Below are positions 36,663 to 45,016 of a stretch of 64,000 bases of DNA, piece after piece. How positions within the stretch are numbered: the stretch's first letter is position 1; the number at the start of each line of letters is the position of its first letter. Below the pieces are notes generated by a model. That model was not told the DNA's origin. It did no database searches and worked only from the letters and a program-made list of their open reading frames with translations. The position numbers and the translations under genes were made by a program. Source of the DNA: Candidatus Binatia bacterium (GTDB lineage: Bacteria; Desulfobacterota; Binatia; UBA9968; JAJDTQ01); NCBI GenBank assembly GCA_963666515.2, contig OY762897.2:2016001-2080000 (forward strand), in the 5' to 3' direction.

Positions 36663-38267
36663 TCAGCCCGGTTTCACCCGGCGCTGAGCCAGCTTGGCGC
36701 CGGTCTGGAGGTAGTCGCTCTTTACCGCGAGCTGCGCCTCCTCTTCCCACTCGTCGTCCCACTGGCCCAACGAGTAGCCGTACCACGGCGCCTGGGGTTC
36801 CAGCGGCGGCAGCTCCAGCCGGTTCCACAGTTCCAGGGCGTGCTCCATGAACTCGCGCTTGGGCAGCGAGATGGGCGGGAACGGCTCCTTGAGGATGGCG
36901 TTGATGAGCATCCCCGAATCGGTGGCCGGCTGGTAGAACATCTCCTTGGCCGTGACGAGGTGGCCCTCGTCCTCGAACGGCGGCGAGTGGCCCTTGACCC
37001 GGCCCGGCAGGATCAGCACGTCCTGGTGGGGCTTGGAGCGGTAGCAGATGGCCCACCACACCGCGTCCAGGTTGTGGGGGTCGATGTCGTCGTCCACCGC
37101 GATGGCGATCTTGCCGACCCCGTGCTGGTAGTTGGCGATGCTGTTCAGGGCGCGCCAGACGTCCCCTTCCGCGGGCTTGCTCATCTGCACGATGACGAGC
37201 TTGCGCAGGTTGGTGAGGGGCTCGTGCATGGCCACCTGGGTGACGCTCTTGATGCCCACGGTGTCCCGCAGGTAGCGGCGCAGCAGCGGCTCGTAGCCTA
37301 CCTTCTTGATGACGCTGGATTCGCTGGGGGTCACCTGGCTGATGAACGAGCACAACACGGGCTTGCGCTTCATGGTGATGGCGGTCACCTCCATGAACGG
37401 CGACACCGTGCGCGGGTGCAGGTAGCCGTGGGACTCGCCGAAGGGGCCTTCGGGCTCCACGAAGTCCGTGTTGATGAGCCCCTCGATGACGATCTCGGCG
37501 TTGTCCGGCACCTCGATGTCCACGGTCTTGCAGCGCACCAGCCGCACGGGCTCCCCCGCCAGGCCGCCGGCGATGCCCATCTCGTCCACCCCGGGCGGCA
37601 CCTTCTGCACGGTGCCGTAGGAGACCACCGGCGGCGCCCCCACCACCAGCGCCGCGTGCAGCGGCTTGCCGCGCTCCCGGCACTTGTCCCAGTGCGGGAA
37701 GATGTGCTGGTGCATGCCGGCGTACATGCCCACGCGCTTCTGGCTCTTGATCTGTCCGCGGTAGTTGCCCTGGTTGCGGATGCCTGTCTCCGGGTCCTTG
37801 GTGAACCAGTGGGAGCAGGTGGTGTAGGGGGCGTTGTCGAACCCCGGCGTAGAGATGGGCACCGGAAGCTGGAGCAGCCCGCCGCCCTCGATGTCGAGGT
37901 CGGCGCCCTGCAGCACCACCTCATGCACCGGACCGGAATCGACGATGGCCGGCTCGATGGGATTGGCCAGGGCATGCGCCCAAAGCTCGGGAATCTCGTC
38001 CACCGGGCGCTGCAGCCCCACCGAGTACACTTGCGGCGAGGCCGCCAGCGCGGCCACCGCCACCGGCATGTCGTAGGCGCGCCCGTGACTGTCCACCACG
38101 TTCTCGAACAGGAACGCCTTGCGCTCCGCCTCGGGCAGCCCGCCGCGGAACTGCCAGCGCACCAGCGGGTGCATCTCCGTGTCCTTGTTGATGGGGTGGC
38201 GGATGCGCAAAAGCAGTCCGGCGGACTCCAGGTTGGAAAGGTGCTCTTGAAGGTCGGGATAGGACAT
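36663..38267 (-). CDS. UbiD-family prFMN-dependent (de)carboxylase, second divergent paralog
   Basis: AFLFENV, RNQGNYR, AEIVIEG, EGPFGESHGY, AVDDDIDP. Confidence 0.92.
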   Translation of the reverse strand: MSYPDLQEHLSNLESAGLLLRIRHPINKDTEMHPLVRWQFRGGLPEAERKAFLFENVVDSHGRAYDMPVAVAALAASPQVYSVGLQRPVDEIPELWAHALANPIEPAIVDSGPVHEVVLQGADLDIEGGGLLQLPVPISTPGFDNAPYTTCSHWFTKDPETGIRNQGNYRGQIKSQKRVGMYAGMHQHIFPHWDKCRERGKPLHAALVVGAPPVVSYGTVQKVPPGVDEMGIAGGLAGEPVRLVRCKTVDIEVPDNAEIVIEGLINTDFVEPEGPFGESHGYLHPRTVSPFMEVTAITMKRKPVLCSFISQVTPSESSVIKKVGYEPLLRRYLRDTVGIKSVTQVAMHEPLTNLRKLVIVQMSKPAEGDVWRALNSIANYQHGVGKIAIAVDDDIDPHNLDAVWWAICYRSKPHQDVLILPGRVKGHSPPFEDEGHLVTAKEMFYQPATDSGMLINAILKEPFPPISLPKREFMEHALELWNRLELPPLEPQAPWYGYSLGQWDDEWEEEAQLAVKSDYLQTGAKLAQRRVKPG

Positions 38268-38290
38268 GTTCGGTATCGCGTTCGTGATTG

Positions 38291-38337
38291 CGCCAGCGAT
38301 GAACCCCCATGTAGGGGCGACCCGCGGTCGCCCCTAG
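38291..38337 (+). repeat. GTAG-type REP with conserved flank (family B)
   Basis: CGCCAGCGATGAACCCCCATGTAGGGGCGACCCGCGGTCGCCCCTAG; overlaps the stop codon of the cupin gene. Confidence 0.88.
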
Positions 38338-39362
38338 GAACCGTTGCCGCCGGGACGCTGCTCTTCCCGGTAAAGCTCCAGCGCTTCCAGCACCGGCCGG
38401 TCGTTCATGGTGAAGAGCACCGCCTCCTCGTCAAACGGGTTCTCGTGCCGGTGCCACTGCCAGTTGGGGATCATGAACGAGTCGCCCTTCTCCCACTCCA
38501 GGTACCCCTCGCCCACCGCGGTCCGGCCGCGCCCGCGGAACACGTGGTACAGCGACGTGCTGGTGTGCCGGTGGGTGCCGGTGACCCAGCCGGGCTTGAG
38601 CATCTGCGCCTCGCACGACAGGGTCGCCATGGTGTAGCCGCCGGTCACCGGGTTGATGTAGCGCACCAGGTGGCCGTCGAAGAGGTCAGCCTCGGCGTCG
38701 GCGATGTTGTGGAGCGACGCGTCGGTGTCCTCCCAGCGGTAGCGGAACGGCAGCCCCCGGCCGGGCGATTCCGCGTGAGCCGGCGGGCGGGCGAAGCCGA
38801 AGCGCATCTGCGCGTCGCCGTCGGCGCGGCTCACGCCTTGGGTGTCCTTGTCGTAGTTCTCGAAGAACAGCACGTTCAGCGCGTTGATGAGCGGACCGTC
38901 CAGGCCGTCGAGCCACACGATAGGCTCGCTGGACTCGTTGTGGTGCTCGTGCCAGGTCCAGTTGGGGGTGAGGATCAGGTCGCCCTCGTGCATGGGGAAG
39001 CGCTCGCCCTCCACCAGCGTGAAGGCGCCGCTCCCCTTCACCACGAAACGGATAGCCGCCATGTTGTGGCGGTGCGGCCGCGCGACCTCGCCGGGGTTCA
39101 CCACCGAGAACGTGAACAGCAAAGTCCGGGAGGTGGCGCGGGTGGGGTTCTGGGGGTTCACCAGCCGTATGGCCCGGCGCTCCGCCAACTCCAACCCGAC
39201 CGACTCCTTGGCGTCCATCAGGCAGGGATAGACCTCCCGCCACTTCCACAGGTACGGCGCCTCGTCCTGGTGCTCGGGCGTGCGCGTGTTCCAGAAGCCC
39301 GAGAGGTCGTGCTCGGCCAGTGACTCGTTGAGGTCCTTGAGGTCCATCTTCATGGGAATCAT
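38334..39362 (-). CDS. Gentisate 1,2-dioxygenase-like bicupin ring-cleavage dioxygenase
   Basis: WKW, ERRAIRLVNP, ARPHRHNMAAIRF, GDLILTPNWTWHEH, WLDGLD, HRHTSTSLYHV; start may be 39353. Confidence 0.9.
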   Translation of the reverse strand: MIPMKMDLKDLNESLAEHDLSGFWNTRTPEHQDEAPYLWKWREVYPCLMDAKESVGLELAERRAIRLVNPQNPTRATSRTLLFTFSVVNPGEVARPHRHNMAAIRFVVKGSGAFTLVEGERFPMHEGDLILTPNWTWHEHHNESSEPIVWLDGLDGPLINALNVLFFENYDKDTQGVSRADGDAQMRFGFARPPAHAESPGRGLPFRYRWEDTDASLHNIADAEADLFDGHLVRYINPVTGGYTMATLSCEAQMLKPGWVTGTHRHTSTSLYHVFRGRGRTAVGEGYLEWEKGDSFMIPNWQWHRHENPFDEEAVLFTMNDRPVLEALELYREEQRPGGNGS

Positions 39363-39398
39363 GTTCCAGAGGCTATACGGTCCGGCTCAGCCTCTTCT

Positions 39399-39427
39399 CT
39401 GGATTCCGGCTTCCGCCGGAATGACGG
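39399..39427 (-). repeat. REP-like palindrome (family A)
   Basis: CTGGATTCCGGCTTCCGCCGGAATGACGG, near-identical to the 2579-2688 arms. Confidence 0.85.
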
Positions 39428-39472
39428 ATTCGACCGTTGTCGCTCGAAAACACCAATCGCAGGCGGCGAAAC

Positions 39473-40180
39473 CTACGGCATCCGCGCCATGGCCGTGGCC
39501 ATGCCGCCGAAGTAGGCCCGGTGGAGATCCATGGATTCCCTGGCGGTGTTCAGCACACCGTCCTCGCCGCCCTTGGGCACGTAGCGTTCCAGGATGTCCA
39601 GGAACATCTCCGAGTGCTTCTCGTCCGCGGCCCGGTGGGCGGTGAAGTTGGGCATCTGCTCGTCGGTGAACTTCAGGTCCCTGCTCCAGCTTTCGTACAG
39701 CCGGCCGCAATTGCCGCCGCCGAGGTCGCCCAGCAGGCGGTCGTCGTTGGTCCACTCCGCGATGGTGGACGCAGCCAGCGCCTCCTGCCACGGACGCGTG
39801 CGCGCGATCCAGAACCAGCCGAACACCGCCGCCCGGGTGGTGGGCAGCGGCTCGGCATCCACCACTTCCTGCTCGCTGAGGCCCACTTCCCGCGCCTGCC
39901 GGAAGATCAGGTCCAGATGGCCGTGGTCCGAGTACTCGTCCTCCACCAGCTCCTCATACTCGTGGGACATGATGCGCTGCTTCACCACGAACACGGGACA
40001 GTTGGCTGCGACCTGGGGCCAGTAGTCCCGCCGGCGCCGGACATAGATGCCCAGTTGCGACAGGTAGAGCTGCGCCCGCTCCATGGTGATGCGGGTGTCG
40101 TAGAACTGCCCCAGTTCCGGGGAGCGGAAGTAATCCCTGACGACCTCGCCCAACTCCTTGCGCCATTCTTTCGGGTTCAT
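39473..40180 (-). CDS. Heme-oxygenase-like diiron enzyme (PqqC/CADD/TenA superfamily)
   Basis: ANCP, HEYEEL...HGHLDL, E, FTAHRAADEKH: E..H / E / HxxxDxxH ligand pattern. Confidence 0.8.
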   Translation of the reverse strand: MNPKEWRKELGEVVRDYFRSPELGQFYDTRITMERAQLYLSQLGIYVRRRRDYWPQVAANCPVFVVKQRIMSHEYEELVEDEYSDHGHLDLIFRQAREVGLSEQEVVDAEPLPTTRAAVFGWFWIARTRPWQEALAASTIAEWTNDDRLLGDLGGGNCGRLYESWSRDLKFTDEQMPNFTAHRAADEKHSEMFLDILERYVPKGGEDGVLNTARESMDLHRAYFGGMATAMARMP

Positions 40181-40190
40181 GGCTTTCCTC

Positions 40191-41084
40191 CTAGTCTCGC
40201 GCCGCGGCCAGCGCGTTCCTGAGCCTGCCGACCTGCTCGCTGCTCAGGTCCTTGGTGGGCCAGCGCGGGAAATCCACCACCGGGAGGTCCCGGAGCTTGA
40301 GCGACTCGCGCAGCACCGAGCGGCCCGCGGCCCGCTGCAGGTCGCCGATGACCGCGGTGAACTCGATCACCCGCCGTTGAAGCTCCACCGCCTCCTCCAG
40401 CTTGCCCGTCGTGGTAGCGTCCCACAGGTTCACCAGCAGTTCGGGGATGGCCACGGTCAGCGGGTGGATGGAGCCCGCGAGGCCCCACAGCACCCCGGGC
40501 ATGATCAGCGTGGCAGAGCCGGAGAAGACCGCGCAGCTCGACGGCAGCGCCCGCACGAAAGCAAGCTGCTGCTCCAGCGGGATGAACGACATCTTGATGC
40601 CGCAGGCCTCGGGCACCTCCTCGCACAGCCGCTTGGTCCACGGCGCGGTCATGCGATAGCCGCTGTTCACCGCGTTGTTGTAGATGAACATGGGGTACTG
40701 GATGGCTTCGTAGACCTTGGCATAGTGCGCCAGCACCTCGTCGTCGAGATGGTCGAAGTAGTACGGCGGCACCACGCCAACCACATCCGCGCCCTTGTCC
40801 CTGGCGTCCTTCGACAGATCGATGGTGGTGGGGGTGTCCGCGGTGCCCGCGTGGATCACCACCGGGATGCGGCCGGCCACCCGGTCGATGACGATCTTGG
40901 CCGTGCGCTTGCGCTCGTCCGGCGTCAGCGCGGGACCTTGGCCGAAGGTGCCGAGCACGAACAGGCCGTGCACGCCCGCCTCCACGTAGAAGTCCGTCAG
41001 CGCCAGCACGGCGTTCTCGTCCACCGCGCCGGTATCGGTGAACGGCGTCGGCAGGGGGATGTACATTCCTTTCAGACGTTCCAT
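40191..41084 (-). CDS. DapA/NanA-family class I aldolase
   Basis: LPTPF, GLFVLGTFGQG, VVPPYY, IYNN, GIKMS (Schiff-base Lys). Confidence 0.88.
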   Translation of the reverse strand: MERLKGMYIPLPTPFTDTGAVDENAVLALTDFYVEAGVHGLFVLGTFGQGPALTPDERKRTAKIVIDRVAGRIPVVIHAGTADTPTTIDLSKDARDKGADVVGVVPPYYFDHLDDEVLAHYAKVYEAIQYPMFIYNNAVNSGYRMTAPWTKRLCEEVPEACGIKMSFIPLEQQLAFVRALPSSCAVFSGSATLIMPGVLWGLAGSIHPLTVAIPELLVNLWDATTTGKLEEAVELQRRVIEFTAVIGDLQRAAGRSVLRESLKLRDLPVVDFPRWPTKDLSSEQVGRLRNALAAARD

Positions 41085-41186
41085 GGCATGGCTCCTTGTT
41101 CCAGGTGTCCTGTCTGCTTCTCGGGGAATATGGCGCTGCCGCGCGCCGAGCCGGGACGTACCGGCAACACGGCATCAGTTAGACGG

Positions 41187-41215
41187 GTAATAGGCCCAAC
41201 GGCCCGTGCTGTCAA
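41187..41215 (-). promoter_or_regulatory. Putative sigma70 promoter heading the minus-strand catabolic operon
   Basis: Minus strand TTGACA (41215-41210), 17 nt spacer, TATTAC (41192-41187). Confidence 0.5.
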
Positions 41216-41300
41216 CAGGACGGACTGATCCGCCGCGGACCCACACGGCGGAAACACGTGCCGGCGAGGCGCATGCATCTCCAGTCTTCAACGCGCGCGA

Positions 41301-42008
41301 CTATCTGCGCCGTTCCTGGGACAGGTTGAAGCTCACGATGATCCGGTCGGCGTCCTTCCCCTTGGCCCTGGATCGATTCGGATCCACGCTATGGTACAGC
41401 CAAGCGGGGAAGATCAGCATTCTTCCGGCCACGGGCTTGTACTGGACCTTGGTCCAGCAGCTTCGCGGGCGCTTGGCGTCGGGGATGTACTCGGCAGGAG
41501 TCATCAGGTTCTGGGTGCGCGGATCGATGAACTCGATCCGGCCCGCATTCCGGGGCGCCTGGACGTAGTAGACGCCGCTCCAGAGGCAGCCGGGATGGAT
41601 GTGGGCCCGGTTCGAGCTGCCCGGTGGATTGATGATCGACCACATGGTGCCGATTGTCAGTCGATAGGACGTGTGATATCCGAGCTCGCGGCACATCATG
41701 GCCGCGGCGGCGTCAACGTGTTGAACCAATCCCGCGAACGTGACGTCCTTGTGCAGCTTGACGTGGCTGTGCCAACTCCCCAGCTCCGGGAAGTTCGACT
41801 TGCGCACCCCTGTTCTGTCGCGTTCCCGTTCGGCGTAGATGGCCTCGAGCAGGTGGGCGTTCAGAATCTCGCTGTCCGGAACGTCCAGAGAGAAAACGAG
41901 CGTCGGAAAATGGTGTGCCACCTTGATCTCGTCTTCGGGCAGACGAGCCACCAAGCCGCGGTCCGGGGCTACACGGTCGGGAGTGTCGCGCGTCACTTCT
42001 TTCCCCAT
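41301..42008 (-). CDS. Putative 2OG-Fe(II) oxygenase, TIGR02466-like
   Basis: FPT, WHS, MWSIINPPGSSNRAHIHPGCLWSGVYYV, IEFIDPR, LIFPAWLYHSV, RIIVSFN. Confidence 0.85.
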   Translation of the reverse strand: MGKEVTRDTPDRVAPDRGLVARLPEDEIKVAHHFPTLVFSLDVPDSEILNAHLLEAIYAERERDRTGVRKSNFPELGSWHSHVKLHKDVTFAGLVQHVDAAAAMMCRELGYHTSYRLTIGTMWSIINPPGSSNRAHIHPGCLWSGVYYVQAPRNAGRIEFIDPRTQNLMTPAEYIPDAKRPRSCWTKVQYKPVAGRMLIFPAWLYHSVDPNRSRAKGKDADRIIVSFNLSQERRR

Positions 42009-42064
42009 CGTCTTGTTGCGGGTTCGTGAAAGACTTGTCCCAAGGCCAGTGTCGTCGAAGGCCT

Positions 42065-43108
42065 TCAGGGTCCACTATGTGCGCCGAACGCACCGATCAG
42101 GCCCCGGTCATCGTTTACAGACCCGAAGGTCCCGGCGACCGACCCGGGTTTGCCATCAGATTCGGCATTCCCGTAGAATCGACCGCCCCACCGACCGGAA
42201 AGCGGCGTGCCGTCATGAAAGTTCCCGGTCGTAGTTCCCTCGAAAAACCCGCTGTTCGCCTCGCCGATGGCAGCCCTCTCCAGAGTCACCATCGTGCCGG
42301 GCCGAGGCTGTCGAGTGCTGCCGACATCGGTTTGAAACCTGAAGTTGTCAATGGACCCACTGATCGTGCCCATAGACGTGCCGTCACCGAAATCGGCCTC
42401 CAGCGTGACCCGCGCTTCAAAGGAAAAACCGCCCAAGGGCTGCTTGACGGGTTCGAAGTACATGCCGCTCGCGTTTCCTTGATAACGCGCATTGCCCATC
42501 AGGGGTAGCAGGTCTCCCTGCATGAAAGGGTCGGGTCCGGACGAGAAGGCTCCGTGCACGATTTCTTTATGGACAGAGACATTCTCCGGGACGCCCACCC
42601 AGGTTCCCCAAACGAGATAGTCCGCGTCCGTCGTGCCTTCGATGTCCGTGTACATCACAAGCGAAATGCCGTCGTCTGTCGTCGCCGCGACATCGCCCGT
42701 GCGACCGCTTGTCCCCTTGGTGGCGAGCACTCCTATGACGGTTGAGCCGGTTGCCGGCAGTTGTCCTGTCCGATTGGCTAACGTCTTTGTCTCTGGATCA
42801 TCGATATCCAGAAACCAGTCATCGCCGTTTGCGACCCGGTAGTCGACGTATCCACCTTGCCTGAAGTTCACTTGAACCGAGATGCCGTCGGTCGTCACTC
42901 CATCTGTACCGTTCGATGACTGGACGACACTTCCGCCGGCATGCGGCTGGTTTCGTGCAGCCGCTGGAATTCCGCCGGGAAAGCTGCGGATCGGCGGCGA
43001 CGGTCCACCCATCACGTTGCGGACGTTCGCACCGCCGCCGCATCCCGACGACGCGACCACGAACAGCACGGCTGCCGCGAGCGTCCATGCTTTCAGTTTG
43101 TCAGGCAT
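42065..43108 (-). CDS. Lipoprotein with TbpB-like C-terminal beta-barrel
   Basis: Lipobox VASSG-C; DYLVWGTW, ARYQGNASGMY, VTLEADFG...ISGSIDNF, GRWGGRFYG...PGSVAGTFG...GAFGA. Confidence 0.78.
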   Translation of the reverse strand: MPDKLKAWTLAAAVLFVVASSGCGGGANVRNVMGGPSPPIRSFPGGIPAAARNQPHAGGSVVQSSNGTDGVTTDGISVQVNFRQGGYVDYRVANGDDWFLDIDDPETKTLANRTGQLPATGSTVIGVLATKGTSGRTGDVAATTDDGISLVMYTDIEGTTDADYLVWGTWVGVPENVSVHKEIVHGAFSSGPDPFMQGDLLPLMGNARYQGNASGMYFEPVKQPLGGFSFEARVTLEADFGDGTSMGTISGSIDNFRFQTDVGSTRQPRPGTMVTLERAAIGEANSGFFEGTTTGNFHDGTPLSGRWGGRFYGNAESDGKPGSVAGTFGSVNDDRGLIGAFGAHSGP

Positions 43109-43142
43109 TGTTTGTCCTCTCCAATGGTCCCGTCTGTTGCCA

Positions 43143-44195
43143 CTAGAAGCCAAGGCTCATGCCGGCACCGCTCTGCTCGCCGCTTCCGTCGTCTCCGTCG
43201 TTCTCGTCTCCCTCGTCACCCTCGTCACCCTCGTCGTTCTCGTCCCCTTCATTGTTCTCGTCGCCCTCGTCCCCCTCATTGTTCTCGTCCCCCTCATCCC
43301 CTTCATTGTTCTCGTCCCCCTCGTCCCCCTCATTGTTCTCGTCTCCCTCGTCACCCTCGTCGTTCTCGTCACCCTCATCCCCCTCATCCCCCTCGTCGTT
43401 CTCGTCACCCTCATCCCCCTCGTCGCCGTCATCGCCCGGGAGGAGAAAGCCGGCGATGCCTTCGTCGCCCTCGTCGCCCTCATCTCCCTCGTCACCCTCA
43501 TCCCCCTCGTCGTTCTCGTCACCCTCGTCGTTCTCGTCGCCCTCATCACCCTCGTCACCCTCATCGCCGTCGTTCTCGTCCCCTTCATCGCCCTCGTCAC
43601 CCTCATCACCCTCGTCCCCCTCGTCCCCCTCATCGTTCTCGTCACCCTCGTCACCCTCATCACCGTCGTTCTCGTCCCCTTCATCGCCCTCGTCGCCCTC
43701 ATCACCCTCGTCGTTCTCGTCACCCTCGTCACCCTCGTTGTTCTCGTCCCCCTCATCGCCCTCGTCGTTCTCGTCTCCCTCGTCACCCTCATCGCCGTCG
43801 TTCTCGTCCCCTTCATTGCCTTCGTCCCCCTCATCCCCCTCGTCGTTCTCGTCTCCCTCGTCACCCTCGTTGTTCTCGTCCCCCTCATCCCCCTCATCGT
43901 TCTCGTCACCCTCGTCCCCCTCGTCGTTCTCGTTTCCCTCATCGCTCTCGTCGTTCTCATCCCCCTCATCGCCATCGTCATCATCATCATCGTCGTCGTC
44001 GTCGTCATCGTCGTCCTCCTCCAGAACACCACCCGTGCTGGCGCGCGCCTCCGGGACGATATTGTACGGCAACTTTTCGTCCAGGGTACCGGTCATCACC
44101 AAGGACAGAGAGATCACAGTGCTGATCAGGACTGACGCCACCACCCGGCGCAAGATGGTCGATTCGTCCTCGAGCGGTCTGTTCTTCAAAGTCAT
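43143..44195 (-). CDS. Secreted or membrane-anchored hyperacidic repeat protein
   Basis: GGAGG SD; hydrophobic segment aa 18-35 and ARA motif at aa 50-52; poly-D followed by ~260 aa of (G/N)DE triplets; co-oriented with downstream lipoprotein. Confidence 0.72.
   Translation of the reverse strand: MTLKNRPLEDESTILRRVVASVLISTVISLSLVMTGTLDEKLPYNIVPEARASTGGVLEEDDDDDDDDDDDDDDGDEGDENDESDEGNENDEGDEGDENDEGDEGDENNEGDEGDENDEGDEGDEGNEGDENDGDEGDEGDENDEGDEGDENNEGDEGDENDEGDEGDEGDEGDENDGDEGDEGDENDEGDEGDEGDEGDEGDEGDENDGDEGDEGDEGDENDEGDENDEGDEGDEGDEGDEGDEGIAGFLLPGDDGDEGDEGDENDEGDEGDEGDENDEGDEGDENNEGDEGDENNEGDEGDENNEGDEGDENNEGDENDEGDEGDEGDENDGDDGSGEQSGAGMSLGF
43190..44021 (-). repeat. Degenerate 9-bp tandem repeat (GGN GAY GAG / AAC GAC GAG) plus GAY run
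   Basis: + strand reads ctcgtcacc/ctcatcccc/ctcgtcgtt units; one unique interruption (GIAGFLLPG) near 43430-43460. Confidence 0.95.
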
Positions 44196-44437
44196 GGTCG
44201 TTCCTCCCGCAAGGGTTTCGTCTTTCGGGGGGAAGCTACACCAACCCGTTGGGGCGCCGCATCGCCGGTTTGTGATAAGAATCGCCGCTCATGGCCTCCT
44301 TGAACGTGTGATATATGCGGGGCCAGGAATGTTATATGCGCCGTGATCGCCCCTTTGAGGGGGACTCCGGTAGTGGTAGGGTGATCAGGACGGGCCCCTA
44401 TGGCTCGACCGTCTTCGGGAACGAAAGGAGACCGCTC

Positions 44438-45016
44438 TTGAACGACCTGTTCAAAGGAGTGCCCAAGCGGCGGATGCTGGCGTTGGCGATCCTGGCGTTG
44501 GCATTACTGTTCTTCGCCTACGACCTTGTCGTGGATGCGTTCTTCGCGGGCGAGTTCGGGTCACCCCATTTTGTCATCGAAGCCTTTGTTTTTGCTGCGG
44601 TTTCGTGGACCCTCGTCGTCAACCTGAGGGACCTGGTCGGCCTGCGCGCACGTCTGGAGCACGCACAGAATCGAAACAGGGTGCTCGCCGGGGAGCTCGC
44701 CACCGGCATCGAGGAGCAAATGGACGCCTGGCGGCTCACCCGTAGCGAGAAGGAAGTCGCGTGGCTGATCATCAAGGGTTTCCGCTTCGCGGAAATCGCG
44801 GATTTGCGCGGGGTCAAGGAAAACACGACGCGATTGCAGGCGAGCGCCCTCTATGCGAAAGCCGGGGTAAGCGGTCGGGCGGAATTCGTCGCGGAGATCG
44901 TCCATCAGTTGCTCATGCCCATTACCGAGGATGAACTGCGCGAGGGGACGGCGGGAATCCGCGCCTCTGCGACGGAAAGCGGGGGATTGCGCCGGACCGC
45001 TAGCGCTGCGCCGTGA
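44438..45016 (+). CDS. LuxR-type HTH regulator with N-terminal transmembrane sensor
   Basis: Two TM helices, then WRLTRSEKEVAWLIIKGFRFAEIADLRGVKENTTRLQASALYAKAGVSGR; AAAGGAG SD 7 nt before TTG 44438. Confidence 0.88.
   Translation: MNDLFKGVPKRRMLALAILALALLFFAYDLVVDAFFAGEFGSPHFVIEAFVFAAVSWTLVVNLRDLVGLRARLEHAQNRNRVLAGELATGIEEQMDAWRLTRSEKEVAWLIIKGFRFAEIADLRGVKENTTRLQASALYAKAGVSGRAEFVAEIVHQLLMPITEDELREGTAGIRASATESGGLRRTASAAP

Noticed and set aside
35565-39323. 1252-aa plus-strand ORF
   Set aside because: Antisense shadow of the UbiD, decarboxylase and cupin genes; no motifs; long shadow ORFs are expected at high GC
40191-41084. Assigning dapA to the DapA-family genes
   Set aside because: The motif is GTFGQ/GTxGEC rather than GTTGE and the context is catabolic; they are more likely other aldolases or hydratase-aldolases
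43190-44021. Possible CRISPR array or true collagen
   Set aside because: 9-bp coding periodicity with no unique spacers and no cas genes; the Gly-X-Y register is repeatedly broken by Asn and contains essentially no Pro
42882-44346. Long alternative-frame ORFs over the repeat (poly-V/L/I 417 aa, R/H/P-rich 394 aa, S/P-rich 395 aa, T/R/M-rich 291 aa)
   Set aside because: The repeat lacks stops in most frames; only the acidic frame shows synonymous third-position variation, an SD, a signal-like N-terminus and operon orientation
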